Origin: Candidatus Eiseniibacteriota bacterium
GTDB lineage: Bacteria > Eisenbacteria > RBG-16-71-46
DNA: 64,000 bases
Assembly: GCA_041483195.1 (NCBI GenBank)
Contig: JBGPFC010000015.1
Span: forward strand, 28,805 to 92,804
Reading direction: 5' to 3'
The notes under the pieces: model-generated
What the model was told of the DNA's origin: nothing
Seen by the model: the letters and a program-made list of their open reading frames with translations, nothing else
Databases searched by the model: none
In this document: in pieces, positions 9,940-20,071 of the stretch
Position numbering within the stretch: the first letter of the stretch is position 1
Layout: each line of letters begins with the position of its first letter
Position numbers and translations under genes: made by a program

Positions 9940-9942
9940 CGA

Positions 9943-10383
9943 TCACCTCACCTGAAGAGTGACGCCGTCGACCGCGGCCACCGTGACCACGGCGCCCGGC
10001 TCGAACGGACCTTCGGTTCCGGGCGCCGGCTCCGCGCGCCAGACTTCGTCCCGCACCCGGATCTGACCCGGCGCGTGCCGCGCCACGCGGTGCATGACGA
10101 GGCCCTGCTGCCCGATCAACGCGTCGGCGTTGCTGGGCTGGGAGCGGGTCTGCATGCGGCCGCGCACCCAGCGCCGGCCGATCGCGATGTAGAGCACGCA
10201 GAGCGTGCTCGCGACGATCAGGCCCAGCGTCGGGTTCGAGAGCCACAGCCCGAGCGCGCCACCGATCACGAACGCCGAGCCGATCAGCACCAGGTCGAAT
10301 CCCGCGAATCCGCCGAGCGAAACCTCGACCAGCACCAGCAGCGCGCCGGCGACGATCAGCGTCCAGTTCCAATTGAGCGTCAT
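9943..10383 (-). CDS. NfeD family membrane protein
   Basis: N-terminal TMs plus OB-fold (GQIRVRDEVWRA...VDGVTLQV); classic partner of SPFH gene. Confidence 0.85.
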   Translation of the reverse strand: MTLNWNWTLIVAGALLVLVEVSLGGFAGFDLVLIGSAFVIGGALGLWLSNPTLGLIVASTLCVLYIAIGRRWVRGRMQTRSQPSNADALIGQQGLVMHRVARHAPGQIRVRDEVWRAEPAPGTEGPFEPGAVVTVAAVDGVTLQVR

Positions 10384-10622
10384 GCCAGCTGCCCCTCCCC
10401 GTTTGCACGCCGCTCCCCGCGAGCGGTTCGGAAGCGGCCGACACTGTAGCAGCGCGCGCAGTCGCCGCAAGGCGTTTCGCCCGGCGCCCACGATGAAACG
10501 TGCGAATCGCACGCGCCGAACGGGCCGCCGAAGGATTTCCCTTGGGATGAGCCGGCATCGCGGCGATACCATAGGGAATGCGCGGCACCACGACTCGAAC
10601 CCCCCGGAGCACGACGCCGAGC

Positions 10623-12347
10623 ATGCCGATCGTCCGTTTCGCTCTCATGGCCAGCCTGCTGCTCGCGACCCCGGCGGGCGCGCGCGCCCTTCGGTCCTCG
10701 CGTCCCGCTCCGCCGCGCACCGCGAGCCTGGGGTTCGCGCCCGGCGTGGTGCTGGTCGTCCAGCGCGACGATCTGCCGCTGCGGCTCGCGGAGGGCGAGC
10801 CGGTCGAGGCCGGCGAGCCGTCGCTCGGCTCGGCGCTCGCGAGGCTCGGCATCGCGCGCGCGCGCAGGGTCGGTCGTCCGGCGGGCAAGTGGGCCGCGAG
10901 CATTCTCGCGCTCGAGAGCGATCGCGCCGACTTCGATCCGCGCGCGGCCGCCGACGCGCTGCGCGCGACCGGCCGCTTCCGCGCGGTGTGCCCCAACTAT
11001 CGCTTCCATGTGTTCGCGACGCTGCCCAACGACACGTACCTCGACAATCAGTGGTCGATTCAGGACCCGGGTGACGTCGATGTGGACCTTCCCGAGGCGT
11101 GGGATCTCGAGAAGGGCGGCCCCGCGACGGTGATCGGCATCATGGACACGGGCGTAGATCTCGGGCACCCCGATCTCGCGAGCAAGATCTGGACGAATCC
11201 CGGCGAGGTGCCGGGCGACCACGTGGACAACGACGGCAACGGGTTCATCGACGACCTCCACGGCTGGGACTTCGGGCTCGGGAACGCCGATCCGAATCCC
11301 GCGCCGGTGTTCGACGCATACGGCATCGACGAGGGCTTTCACGGGACGTTCGTCGCGGGGATTGCGGCCGCCGCCACCAACAACGCGGAAGGCATCGCCG
11401 GCGCGGGATGGAACTGCCGGATCCTGCCGCTCAAGGTCACGGATGACGTCGGCGACATCACCGCCGAGGCGATCGCGGCGGCTTTCGAGTACGCGGCCGA
11501 CCAGCACGTGAAGGTGCTCAACATGAGCTTCGGCGGCCCGGGCGATCCGGGCGTGCCCGAGTTCTTCCAGGCGCTGGTGGACATGGCGGACTCGGCGGGC
11601 GTGCTGTGCGTCGCCGCGGCGGGGAACGACGGCAGCGACACGCCTACCTATCCGGCCGCGTGCGATCGCGTCTTGGCGGTGGCCGCGACCGACTTCAACG
11701 ATCAGCGCGCGGACTTTTCGAACTGGGGCGCGTGGGTGGACGTGGGCGCGCCCGGCGCATCGATGTTCTCATGCCTGTGCCGAAACTACGTGATCGACGA
11801 CTTCAGTCAGATCTTCTACCTGTACTTGTTCGGCTGGGACGGCGAGACCCCGTACATGTTCGGCGACGGCACCTCGTTCGCCGCCCCGCTCGCGTCCGGG
11901 GTGTGCGGTCTGGTCCGGAATCACTTCCCCGCGTTTTCGCCGGAGCAGACCATCGCGCGGATCTTGAGCACGGGCGACTCGCTGGCGTACAACCTGCCGA
12001 TCGGCCCCAAGCTGAACGCGTATCGAGCGGTGAGCGCGCCCATCACCGCGGTGGGCGATGCGGCGGCCGCGCCGCTCGCGTTCGCGCGGATCGCGCCCAA
12101 TCCGTTCCGCGCCTCCACCGTGCTGCGGTTCACGCTTCCCGCGGCCGGCCCCGCCCGGCTCACGATCTTCGACTGCGCGGGACGGCGAGTGCGCGCGCTC
12201 GCGGACGGCGACCTCGAGGCGGGGCCGCACGCGATTCCGTGGGACGGCGCTTCGGATGCCGGCGCGCCGCTCGGGAGCGGAATCTACTTCGCGCAGCTCG
12301 AGAGTCGCGGCGGCATCCTGCGCCAGAAGCTGGTGCGATTGCGCTGA
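10623..12347 (+). CDS. Secreted subtilisin-like S8 peptidase with C-terminal FlgD-Ig/T9SS-like domain
   Basis: Signal peptide; triad motifs IMDTG, HGTFVAG, GTSFAAP; C-terminal APNPF...WDG...GSGIYF. Confidence 0.9.
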   Translation: MPIVRFALMASLLLATPAGARALRSSRPAPPRTASLGFAPGVVLVVQRDDLPLRLAEGEPVEAGEPSLGSALARLGIARARRVGRPAGKWAASILALESDRADFDPRAAADALRATGRFRAVCPNYRFHVFATLPNDTYLDNQWSIQDPGDVDVDLPEAWDLEKGGPATVIGIMDTGVDLGHPDLASKIWTNPGEVPGDHVDNDGNGFIDDLHGWDFGLGNADPNPAPVFDAYGIDEGFHGTFVAGIAAAATNNAEGIAGAGWNCRILPLKVTDDVGDITAEAIAAAFEYAADQHVKVLNMSFGGPGDPGVPEFFQALVDMADSAGVLCVAAAGNDGSDTPTYPAACDRVLAVAATDFNDQRADFSNWGAWVDVGAPGASMFSCLCRNYVIDDFSQIFYLYLFGWDGETPYMFGDGTSFAAPLASGVCGLVRNHFPAFSPEQTIARILSTGDSLAYNLPIGPKLNAYRAVSAPITAVGDAAAAPLAFARIAPNPFRASTVLRFTLPAAGPARLTIFDCAGRRVRALADGDLEAGPHAIPWDGASDAGAPLGSGIYFAQLESRGGILRQKLVRLR

Positions 12348-12390
12348 CCGCGCGCGCCCGGTGGGGTGGCTCGCCGCGCGAGCACCCGCG

Positions 12391-12912
12391 TCATTTCGCG
12401 GGCACGAATTCGAGCGACACCGAGTTTATGCAATAGCGCAGGTGGGTGGGCGCGGGGCCGTCGTCGAACACGTGACCGAGGTGTCCGCCGCAGCGCGCGC
12501 ACGACAGCTCGTCGCGCTCCATCCCCAGGCTGAGGTCCCGCCCGACCAGCACGTGCGAACCCGCGACCGGCGCCCAGAAGCTCGGCCAGCCGGTGCCGGA
12601 GTCGAACTTGGTGCGCGAATCGAACACCTCGAGATGGCAAGCTGCGCAGCGATAGATCCCGGGCGCGTGCTGATTCCAGTAGCGACCGGTGAACGCGATC
12701 TCGGTGCCCTTCTCCCGCAGCACGCGAAACTGTTCGGGCGTGAGGATGCGCCGCCACTCCGCGTCGGTCTTGACCAGCTTGCGCACCCTGGGCTCGGTGC
12801 GCGGGGCGCCGCCGCCCCCGGGCGTGGCCGCCGCGTGCGCGGCCACCGGGAGGAGCAGGGCGGTGAGGCAGAGCGCGATCGTCGCGCGGGCAACCCGGTT
12901 TCTGGGGTTCAT
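12391..12912 (-). CDS. msrB: Peptide-methionine (R)-S-oxide reductase with signal peptide
   Basis: VLREKGTE, KFDSGTGWPSF, GHLGHVFDDGP, RYCINS; two CxxC. Confidence 0.95.
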   Translation of the reverse strand: MNPRNRVARATIALCLTALLLPVAAHAAATPGGGGAPRTEPRVRKLVKTDAEWRRILTPEQFRVLREKGTEIAFTGRYWNQHAPGIYRCAACHLEVFDSRTKFDSGTGWPSFWAPVAGSHVLVGRDLSLGMERDELSCARCGGHLGHVFDDGPAPTHLRYCINSVSLEFVPAK

Positions 12913-13102
12913 GGGTGGATCCTCGGCGGGTGGGGGTCGGGCGCGGCCATGCGGCCGCAGGGCATCATACGCCGGTTCATACGCGGCAGACGCGATTTTG
13001 GGACGCACACCCATCGGGACTTGCGGGTCCGCGGGCTGCGGGTTGCCCCGGCGCACCGCGCGAATGGCTCCGGTTGGCGGGCAGGGGCCGGCGAATCCCC
13101 CC

Positions 13103-13131
13103 TCAAGCCTGGAGCCAGCGGTGGCCGATAA
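13103..13131 (+). promoter_or_regulatory. Sigma28-like promoter
   Basis: TCAAG-N16-GCCGATAA upstream of FHA gene. Confidence 0.55.
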
Positions 13132-13181
13132 CCGATGGGAGTCGAAGCCCGGATCGGCCGGCTTCGCCGATTGGAGGAATC

Positions 13182-13808
13182 ATGCCCTCGGTGCCCGAGT
13201 TCGCGCACCCCGCGGACCAGAGTCCCAGCCCGGCTGGCGGGCTGCGGCTGCGCCTCTCGCTCAAGGGGCAGCCCGTTCAGAGTTTTCGGTTCGACCAGGA
13301 CGCGATCATCGTGGGGCGCGATCCGTACTGCGACATCTACGTGGACAATCCCGGCGTCTCGCGGCAGCACCTCCGCATCGAGCGCGCCGGAGCCGGCGAG
13401 TTCCGTGTGCGCGACCTGGATAGCGCGAACGGCACGTTTCTCAACAACCAGCCGGTCCAGATCGCGGCGTTGCGCGACGGGGATGCGATCCAGCTGGGCA
13501 AGTACACGCTCAATGTCGAAATCGAGAAGGAGCGCCCCGACCTGGCGGTGCCGCGGCGCCCGGTCCCGGCGAGCGACGGCGCGACCGTCATGCTGTCGCC
13601 CTCCGAGATTCGCAACATGGTGTCCGAGGCGAAGGCCGCGGTCGCGCGTCCCCCCGATCTCAAGCTGGTCACGGCGCCGGCGACCCGCCCCATCGCGCCC
13701 CCGCCCGCCGCACGCCGGAGCGGCGGCACGGTGTGGCTGATCGTGGCAGCGATCGCGCTGCTCGGCGCGGTGGTCGCGATCGCGATCGAGTGGTGGCGCA
13801 CGCACTGA
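13182..13808 (+). CDS. FHA domain protein with C-terminal membrane anchor
   Basis: IVGRD, VSRQH, DLDSANGTFLN; C-terminal TM; GGAGG RBS. Confidence 0.88.
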   Translation: MPSVPEFAHPADQSPSPAGGLRLRLSLKGQPVQSFRFDQDAIIVGRDPYCDIYVDNPGVSRQHLRIERAGAGEFRVRDLDSANGTFLNNQPVQIAALRDGDAIQLGKYTLNVEIEKERPDLAVPRRPVPASDGATVMLSPSEIRNMVSEAKAAVARPPDLKLVTAPATRPIAPPPAARRSGGTVWLIVAAIALLGAVVAIAIEWWRTH

Positions 13809-13862
13809 GTCCGGCGTCCGGCGGGCGCGCATCGCGGGCCCGCCGGACGTGATCCCGCGGCG

Positions 13863-15338
13863 TCAGGACGTGCCGGCGATTTCCCGCAGCCTCGCCACCA
13901 GCCGCGCCATGCCGAGCGTGTCGATCGCGCAGTAACGTTCGAGTCCCCCACGCAGCCGCTCGACTTCGCGCGCCTCCAGGGTGTCGCGCTCGAAGAACAG
14001 TCGCTCGAGCACGATGCTCGCGGCGGTCCCGTCGCCGATCTCGAGTCCCAGGTAGTCCATCCCCGGGACCAGCGCGGGCAGCACGCTCTTCAGGCTGAAG
14101 CTGCCGCGAAAATCCGGATGGTAGACGTGTTCGCGCACCACCGGCAGCGGGTCCGCGAGCCGCGCGGCGAGCGCGTCGAGGGCGCCGGCCTGATCCGGCA
14201 GCGCGCGGGCGGTCGCCGCGATGCAGCCGCGCTCGAATGGCGCGTTGTACGCGACCACGGTGCGGGCGCCTTCACACGCCGCGATCAGCCGCCGCGCGAA
14301 CTCGGGGCGCGGATCCTCCGGCCCCTCCGCCAGCCACGCGCGATGCTCGAGCGCGCCGTCGCGCTCGACGTGACAGCTGAACTGCACGGGGATCATGTCG
14401 TAGGGATGACATCCGGGCCACACCGGGATCGCGGGCGCGATGGTTTCGAAATCGAGGAAGGCGAGCGGCGGCGCGAAAGCCCGAAGCGCGCGCGCCAGCC
14501 CCGGGTCCACGATCAGCCGGTTGTCCCGCACCGCCTGCCGCTGGCGCTCGGCCTGCGGGTTGAGCCCGAGGCCCTCGGCGAGCTGATCGATCGTCACGAA
14601 GCCCGCGGCCTCGAGCGCCGCGGCCTTCGCCCGCGAACGGAACAGCGTCGTGACGTGATGATCGGGCCGCACCGGCCAGCAGCGGTCATGGAACGGACAC
14701 GGGCGGGGCGAGTCGCAGTGATCGCCGATCGCGACCTCCGGCAGCGGCCCGCGCAGCGCGTGCGCCTGCGCCGCGATCAGCGAGGGAATGCGGGGTTGCA
14801 TGGCTTCGATCGCGGCGCTCACATCCGTGCGTACGAACAGATCCGAGAGGTCGGGGTAGGCGCATGCGCGATTCAGGTGCATGATCTCCGTCCTCCGCAG
14901 ATCGAGCCCGCAGGCGCGAAGCACGTGCGCCTGAATCGCGGCGTCTGGCAGGTGCTCGTCCTTGACCCGGGTGGAGGATTTCACCTCGATCAGCCCCAGC
15001 CCCGAGGCCACGCGCTCGAGGATATCGACCGACACGAACACGCCTTCGCCCCGGAATGCCGCCTCGTAGATGGCCGGTGCCCCGGCCGCGAGCGCATCCG
15101 CCGTCGCGGCGATCCGTCCCTCATAGTCGCGATACGGCAGCTCGATCAGCGTGCCCCCCGGGACGTACGCGCGGGCCGCGGCGCCGACGCGATTCCCCCG
15201 GTCGAAGTTGGCCTGGGCCGCGGCGTCCGGCACCAGCTCCGGGGCGTGGGGCTCGTGCACCCGCCACCAGAGCTGCTTCAGGCACTGCAGGCCCGCGGTG
15301 AATCGCGATTTCGAGAGGTTCGTCGACAGGGTCGCCAC
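13863..15338 (-). CDS. DUF2779-type protein: Cas4/RecB-like nuclease fused to RNase H-like domain
   Basis: LSKSRF..GLQC, VDIL...IEVKSST, HCDSPRPCPFHDRC, FLDFET, YNAPFE, SFSLKSVLP, YCAIDT. Confidence 0.8.
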   Translation of the reverse strand: MATLSTNLSKSRFTAGLQCLKQLWWRVHEPHAPELVPDAAAQANFDRGNRVGAAARAYVPGGTLIELPYRDYEGRIAATADALAAGAPAIYEAAFRGEGVFVSVDILERVASGLGLIEVKSSTRVKDEHLPDAAIQAHVLRACGLDLRRTEIMHLNRACAYPDLSDLFVRTDVSAAIEAMQPRIPSLIAAQAHALRGPLPEVAIGDHCDSPRPCPFHDRCWPVRPDHHVTTLFRSRAKAAALEAAGFVTIDQLAEGLGLNPQAERQRQAVRDNRLIVDPGLARALRAFAPPLAFLDFETIAPAIPVWPGCHPYDMIPVQFSCHVERDGALEHRAWLAEGPEDPRPEFARRLIAACEGARTVVAYNAPFERGCIAATARALPDQAGALDALAARLADPLPVVREHVYHPDFRGSFSLKSVLPALVPGMDYLGLEIGDGTAASIVLERLFFERDTLEAREVERLRGGLERYCAIDTLGMARLVARLREIAGTS

Positions 15339-15609
15339 CCGCTGCCTCCGGCGTGCGGTGTGCGTGGGGACAGGGCAACGCGCCGATACTAGCCGAAGGA
15401 GCGCCCCCTGGCTCGCGTGCCTTCGCGCGGCGCCACACCGTTCCGGCACTCGCGGCCTGACCGAATTGGCAGCTTTCTGCCACCCGTGGCGGCATGTCCC
15501 GGGGCGCGGCGACGCCCGCGCCGGGAATCCGAAGCGCACCCTGGGTGCAATCGAATGTCGCACGCTCACTTGAGTGGCCGGGCGCGGTGGGGAATACTGC
15601 AGCCGTGGC

Positions 15610-15625
15610 TGGCACGAACGATGCG
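15610..15625 (+). promoter_or_regulatory. Sigma54-like -24/-12 promoter upstream of gltA
   Basis: TGGCACGAACGATGCG, GG-N10-GC spacing. Confidence 0.5.
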
Positions 15626-15748
15626 GAATTCCGGCGCGCCGGTTGGCTCGATCCGCGTCCCACCGGCTCCGTCACCACGCACTGGCTCGCGATCGGCAGG
15701 CCCGGTGCCTGCCTCAGACCATGAAACCCCGCCGAGGAGATTGAAGTC

Positions 15749-17062
15749 ATGACCACTTCCAGCGCCATGGTCCGTCCCACCAAGACTGCGACCATCGAGT
15801 ACAACGGCAAGTCGATCGAGCTTCCCCTCGTGACCGGAAGCGAGGGCGAGGTCGGCATCGACATTCAAACGCTCCGCGCCAAGACCGGGCTCATCACGCT
15901 CGATCCGGGATACGGCAACAGCGGCTCCTGCCGGAGCGCGATCACCTTCATCGACGGCGAACAGGGTATCCTGCGCTACCGCGGATATCCGATCGAAGAT
16001 CTGGCGGCGAAGAGCAACTTTCTCGAGGTGTCCTGGCTGCTGATTCACGGCGAGCTGCCGACCGCGGCGGAGCTCGTGAGCTTCCGCGCCGAGGTGACGC
16101 GCCACACGCTGCTGCACGAAGACTTCGTGCGCTTCTTCCAGTCGCTGCCCAAGGACGCGCATCCGATGCCGGTGTGCGCGGCGGCGGTGGCGGCGCTGGC
16201 GACGTTCTACCAGCAACCCGAGACCGACCAGAGCACGCGCGACGCGGTGATCCGGCTGATCGCGAAGATTCCCACCATCGCTTCGTACTCGTACAAGCAC
16301 TCGATTGGCCAGCCGTTCCTGTATCCGAAGAACGACCTCGACTTCGCCTCGAACTTCCTGCGCATGATGTTCGCGACGCCCTGCGAGGAGTACGTGGTCG
16401 ACCCGGTGCTCGCCCGCGCGGTAGACCTGCTCTTCATTCTCCATGCCGACCACGAGCAGAACTGCTCGACCAGCACGGTGCGCATGGTGGGCAGCTCGCG
16501 CGCCAACCTGTTCGCGAGCATTTCGGCCGGCATCAGCGCGCTGTGGGGCCCGCTCCACGGCGGCGCCAACCAGCAGGTGATCGAGATGCTGGAGCGCATC
16601 GAGTCCGAGGGCGGCGACGCGCAGTCATTCGTGGACCGCGCCAAGGACAAGAAGGACAACAGCCGACTGATGGGATTCGGGCACCGCGTCTACAAGAACT
16701 ACGACCCGCGCGCGGCGATCCTCAAGAAGTCATGCAACGAGGTGCTGAGCCGTCTCGGGGTCAAGAGTCGCCTGCTCGAGATCGCGATGAAGCTCGAGGA
16801 GATCGCGCTCAAGGACGACTACTTCATCAGCCACAAGCTCTATCCGAACGTTGACTACTACTCCGGCATCATCTACAAGGCGCTGGGCGTTCCCGTGAAC
16901 ATGTTCACCGTCATGTTCGCGATCGGACGCATGCCGGGCTGGATCGCGCAGTGGCTCGAGATGCGTTACGACGCGGACACCCGGATCGCCCGGCCGCGGC
17001 AGATCTACACGGGGGCGACGCGGCGCGGATACGTGCCGATGGAATCGCGCCGCGTGAGCTAG
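15749..17062 (+). CDS. gltA: Citrate synthase (type II)
   Basis: HADHEQNCST, GPLHGGAN, GFGHRVYKNYDPR, YPNVDYYSG. Confidence 0.97.
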   Translation: MTTSSAMVRPTKTATIEYNGKSIELPLVTGSEGEVGIDIQTLRAKTGLITLDPGYGNSGSCRSAITFIDGEQGILRYRGYPIEDLAAKSNFLEVSWLLIHGELPTAAELVSFRAEVTRHTLLHEDFVRFFQSLPKDAHPMPVCAAAVAALATFYQQPETDQSTRDAVIRLIAKIPTIASYSYKHSIGQPFLYPKNDLDFASNFLRMMFATPCEEYVVDPVLARAVDLLFILHADHEQNCSTSTVRMVGSSRANLFASISAGISALWGPLHGGANQQVIEMLERIESEGGDAQSFVDRAKDKKDNSRLMGFGHRVYKNYDPRAAILKKSCNEVLSRLGVKSRLLEIAMKLEEIALKDDYFISHKLYPNVDYYSGIIYKALGVPVNMFTVMFAIGRMPGWIAQWLEMRYDADTRIARPRQIYTGATRRGYVPMESRRVS

Positions 17063-17117
17063 GAAACCGTCGCAGCGGCCCGGCGCGTTCGCTCCTGTCG
17101 CGGACGCGCCGTCGGCC

Positions 17118-18884
17118 GTGATCGGAGGACAGTTGGACGGGGCAGCGGGAGGCGTTGCGGACCGGGCGGCGGCACGGCATTTCGAGGAGCGCGTCGACCC
17201 GGTGAGCGGCGAGCGTTACCTGGCCGTGTACCGGCGCGGGGCGGCACTGCTCGACGACGCGATTCTGTACAAGGGCACGTGCTTCACGCCGGCCGAACGC
17301 GACGCGCTCGGGCTCCGCGGGATCGTTCCGCCCGCCGTCGCGACGCCGGAGGAGCAGGCCGCGCGCGCGTACGGGAACTACGGCCGGGCGGGCGACGAGA
17401 TCCAGCGCTACCTCTTCCTGCGCGCGCTTCAGGACCGGAACGAGACCCTGTTCTACCGCCTCCTGCTGGATCATCTCGACGAGATGGCCCCGATCGTCTA
17501 CACGCCGACCGTGGGACGTGCGTGCGAGCGATTCAGCCACATCTATCGCCGCCCGCGAGGGCTCTACGTGACCCCGCACGACCGCGGGCGGATCGCCGAG
17601 GCGCTGCGCAACGGCGAGTACGACACGATGCAGGTGATCGTGGTCACCGACAACGAGGCGATTCTCGGCATCGGCGATCAGGGCGTGGGCGGCATGGGCA
17701 TCCCGATCGGCAAGCTCGCGCTCTACACGGCCGGCGCGGGGATTCATCCCGCCCGCGGGCTCCCGCTCGACCTCGACGTGGGCACCGACAACGCGGCGCT
17801 GCTCGCCGATCCGCTCTACCTCGGCGTCCGCCAGCCGCGGCTGCGCGGCGAGGCCTACGACTCGCTGGTCGACGAGCTGGTCACGGCGATCGCGGAGGTC
17901 TTTCCCGGCGCGATCGTGCAGTGGGAAGACTTCTCGAACGAGAACGCGTTCCGCATCCTGGATCGCTACCGCCGGCGGCTGCCGAGCTTCAACGACGACA
18001 TCCAGGGCACCGGCGCCGTCGTGGTCGCGGGCATCCGGGCCGCGCTTCGCCTCGCGGGACGCCGGATCGAGGACGAGCGCGTGGTGCTGTTCGGCGCCGG
18101 AGCTTCGGGCGCCGGGTCGGCCCGCGCCGTGCGCGATGCGATGCGCGCGGCCGGAGTGCCGGAGGCCGAGCTCTCGCGGCGCGTGTTGTGTCTCGACTCG
18201 CGCGGCCTGATTCTCCCCGATCGGCAGGGTCTCGCCCCGCACAAGCGCTCGCTCGCCGCGGATCCTTCCGTGGTCGCGGGCTGGGCCGCGGCCCCCGATG
18301 GACGATTCGGATTGCCAGAGGTGGTGCGCCATTTCCAGCCGGGCGTGCTGATCGGCGCGTCGGGGCAGGGCGGGGCGTTCACAGAGGCCATCGTGCGGTC
18401 GATGCTCGAGGGGTGCGCGCGCCCGATCGTGTTCCCGCTGTCGAATCCCACGAATCGCGCCGAGGTCACGCCGGAAGACGCGCTGCGCTGGACGAACGGC
18501 GCGGCCATCCTCTCGGCCGGCAGCCCGTTCCCGCCGGTCGAGCTCGGCGGAAAGACGGTGCGCATCGGCCAGGGAAACAATGCCCTGATCTTCCCGGGCG
18601 TGGGGCTGGCGGCGGTGGCGGTGGGCGCGCACTGGATTCCCGATCAGGCGTTCTCGGCGGCGAGCGCCGCGCTCGCGGGCTACACGGCGCCTTCGCTGGG
18701 TGAGGGCCTGCCGATCTTCCCGCCACTCTCGCGGCTGCGCGACGTGTCACGGGCGGTGGCGATCGAGGTGGCCCGCGCGCTGGTCGAGGCGGGGGCGGCC
18801 GCGCCGCTGGCCCCGCGCGAGATCGAAGCGCGGATCGCGGCCACCATGTGGGAGCCGGTCTACCGGCCCTATCGCCCAGCCTAG
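17118..18884 (+). CDS. maeA: NAD-dependent malic enzyme
   Basis: PIVYTPTVG, ILGIGDQG, QWEDF, FNDDIQGTG, LSNPT, GQGNNALIFPG. Confidence 0.93.
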   Translation: MIGGQLDGAAGGVADRAAARHFEERVDPVSGERYLAVYRRGAALLDDAILYKGTCFTPAERDALGLRGIVPPAVATPEEQAARAYGNYGRAGDEIQRYLFLRALQDRNETLFYRLLLDHLDEMAPIVYTPTVGRACERFSHIYRRPRGLYVTPHDRGRIAEALRNGEYDTMQVIVVTDNEAILGIGDQGVGGMGIPIGKLALYTAGAGIHPARGLPLDLDVGTDNAALLADPLYLGVRQPRLRGEAYDSLVDELVTAIAEVFPGAIVQWEDFSNENAFRILDRYRRRLPSFNDDIQGTGAVVVAGIRAALRLAGRRIEDERVVLFGAGASGAGSARAVRDAMRAAGVPEAELSRRVLCLDSRGLILPDRQGLAPHKRSLAADPSVVAGWAAAPDGRFGLPEVVRHFQPGVLIGASGQGGAFTEAIVRSMLEGCARPIVFPLSNPTNRAEVTPEDALRWTNGAAILSAGSPFPPVELGGKTVRIGQGNNALIFPGVGLAAVAVGAHWIPDQAFSAASAALAGYTAPSLGEGLPIFPPLSRLRDVSRAVAIEVARALVEAGAAAPLAPREIEARIAATMWEPVYRPYRPA

Positions 18885-19003
18885 CGAGGTGGGGCGCGAC
18901 CCGATCGCGCGCGTGGCGGCGCGCCGCGCCGGCGTGCGTCGCCCTTGCACGGCGTGCGTCGCCCGCATGCTCGCGCCCGGCGCACCTGCTAGGCTGCCGC
19001 GCC

Positions 19004-19918
19004 GTGAGGCATCTCGACGAAACGGTCGCGCGCGCGGCCCTCGCGCGGTGGGGCGGAGATCCCTCGACGCTCCGGCACGTCGCGACCTCGGGCAACGCGG
19101 TGTATCGCTTCCGCGAGGGCGCGACGCCGCGCATCCTGCGCCTCACCGATCCCGAGCACCGCACCGCCGAGCAGAATCACGCGGAGATGGAGTTCCTGCT
19201 CCACCTTCGCGCGTGCGGGGTGCGCGCCAACGCGCCGGTGCCGTCCGCGAGCGGCAAGCGGGTCGAGCGCCTCGAGGGTTGCTCGGCGTGCGTCCTCAGC
19301 TGGGCGCCGGGGGTGCGGGTCGAGCCCGCCTCGGAGCACTGGAACGAGGGGTTCTTCAAGGAGTGGGGCCGGAGCCTCGGCCGCATTCACTCGGCCGCGC
19401 GATCGTACCGCGGCCCTTCGCGCTGGGAGTGGACGGACGAGGGCCTGCTGGCGCACGCGCGCCGGCTGATCCCGGCGGACGACGCGATCGCGCGCGTGGA
19501 GCTCGAGGACGTCCTGGCGCGGCTGCTCGCGCTGCCCCGGCGCGCGGACAACTACGGCATGAACCACGCCGACTTCGCGCCGCAGAATTTCAACTACGAT
19601 CCGGCGGCCGGCATCACCGGCTTCGACTTCGGAAACTGCTGCGCTCACTGGTTCGTGTCCGACCTCGTGATCTCGCTCTCGACCCTCAGACGCCAGTCCG
19701 AGCGCGAGCGTTATCGCGCCTGGCTGCTCGCGGGCTACCGCGAGGCGATGGCGATCGACGACGAGATCTGGGTGGAGCGCTCCTGGTTCCTGCGGTTGCG
19801 CGTGCTCTACGTGTATCTGTCGCGACTGGCGAAGTTCGGTTCGAATCCGACCGCGGAACAGCGCGCCACGCTCGACATGCTGCGCGGGCTCGTCGCGGAG
19901 CGCCTGACTTGGGAATGA
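19004..19918 (+). CDS. APH/homoserine kinase type II-like phosphotransferase
   Basis: SGNAVYRF, HADFAPQN (Brenner motif), FDFGNC. Confidence 0.82.
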   Translation: MRHLDETVARAALARWGGDPSTLRHVATSGNAVYRFREGATPRILRLTDPEHRTAEQNHAEMEFLLHLRACGVRANAPVPSASGKRVERLEGCSACVLSWAPGVRVEPASEHWNEGFFKEWGRSLGRIHSAARSYRGPSRWEWTDEGLLAHARRLIPADDAIARVELEDVLARLLALPRRADNYGMNHADFAPQNFNYDPAAGITGFDFGNCCAHWFVSDLVISLSTLRRQSERERYRAWLLAGYREAMAIDDEIWVERSWFLRLRVLYVYLSRLAKFGSNPTAEQRATLDMLRGLVAERLTWE

Positions 19919-20071
19919 CGGGTCGCCCCGCTGGCGCATCGCGCCGCCCTCCGGCGCCATTCGCCGACGATTCGCCGCCGGCCGCCGAATACCGCGCGCC
20001 GCGCCCTTGCGAGCGCCGTAGATTGCCTTCGAAGCGGAAGCACGAAGGCAACCTGAGCAGGAGGGAGCGCC

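Noticed and set aside
7843..10449. 868-aa plus-strand ORF, and similar long Arg/Ala-rich ORFs such as 23211-25646, 34485-37151 and 48470-50905
   Set aside because: They overlap clear genes on the opposite strand and have low-complexity shadow composition.
15466..15492. TGGCAGCTTTCTGCCA palindrome as a sigma54 promoter
   Set aside because: GG-GC spacing is off by one; it could be an operator but has no other support.
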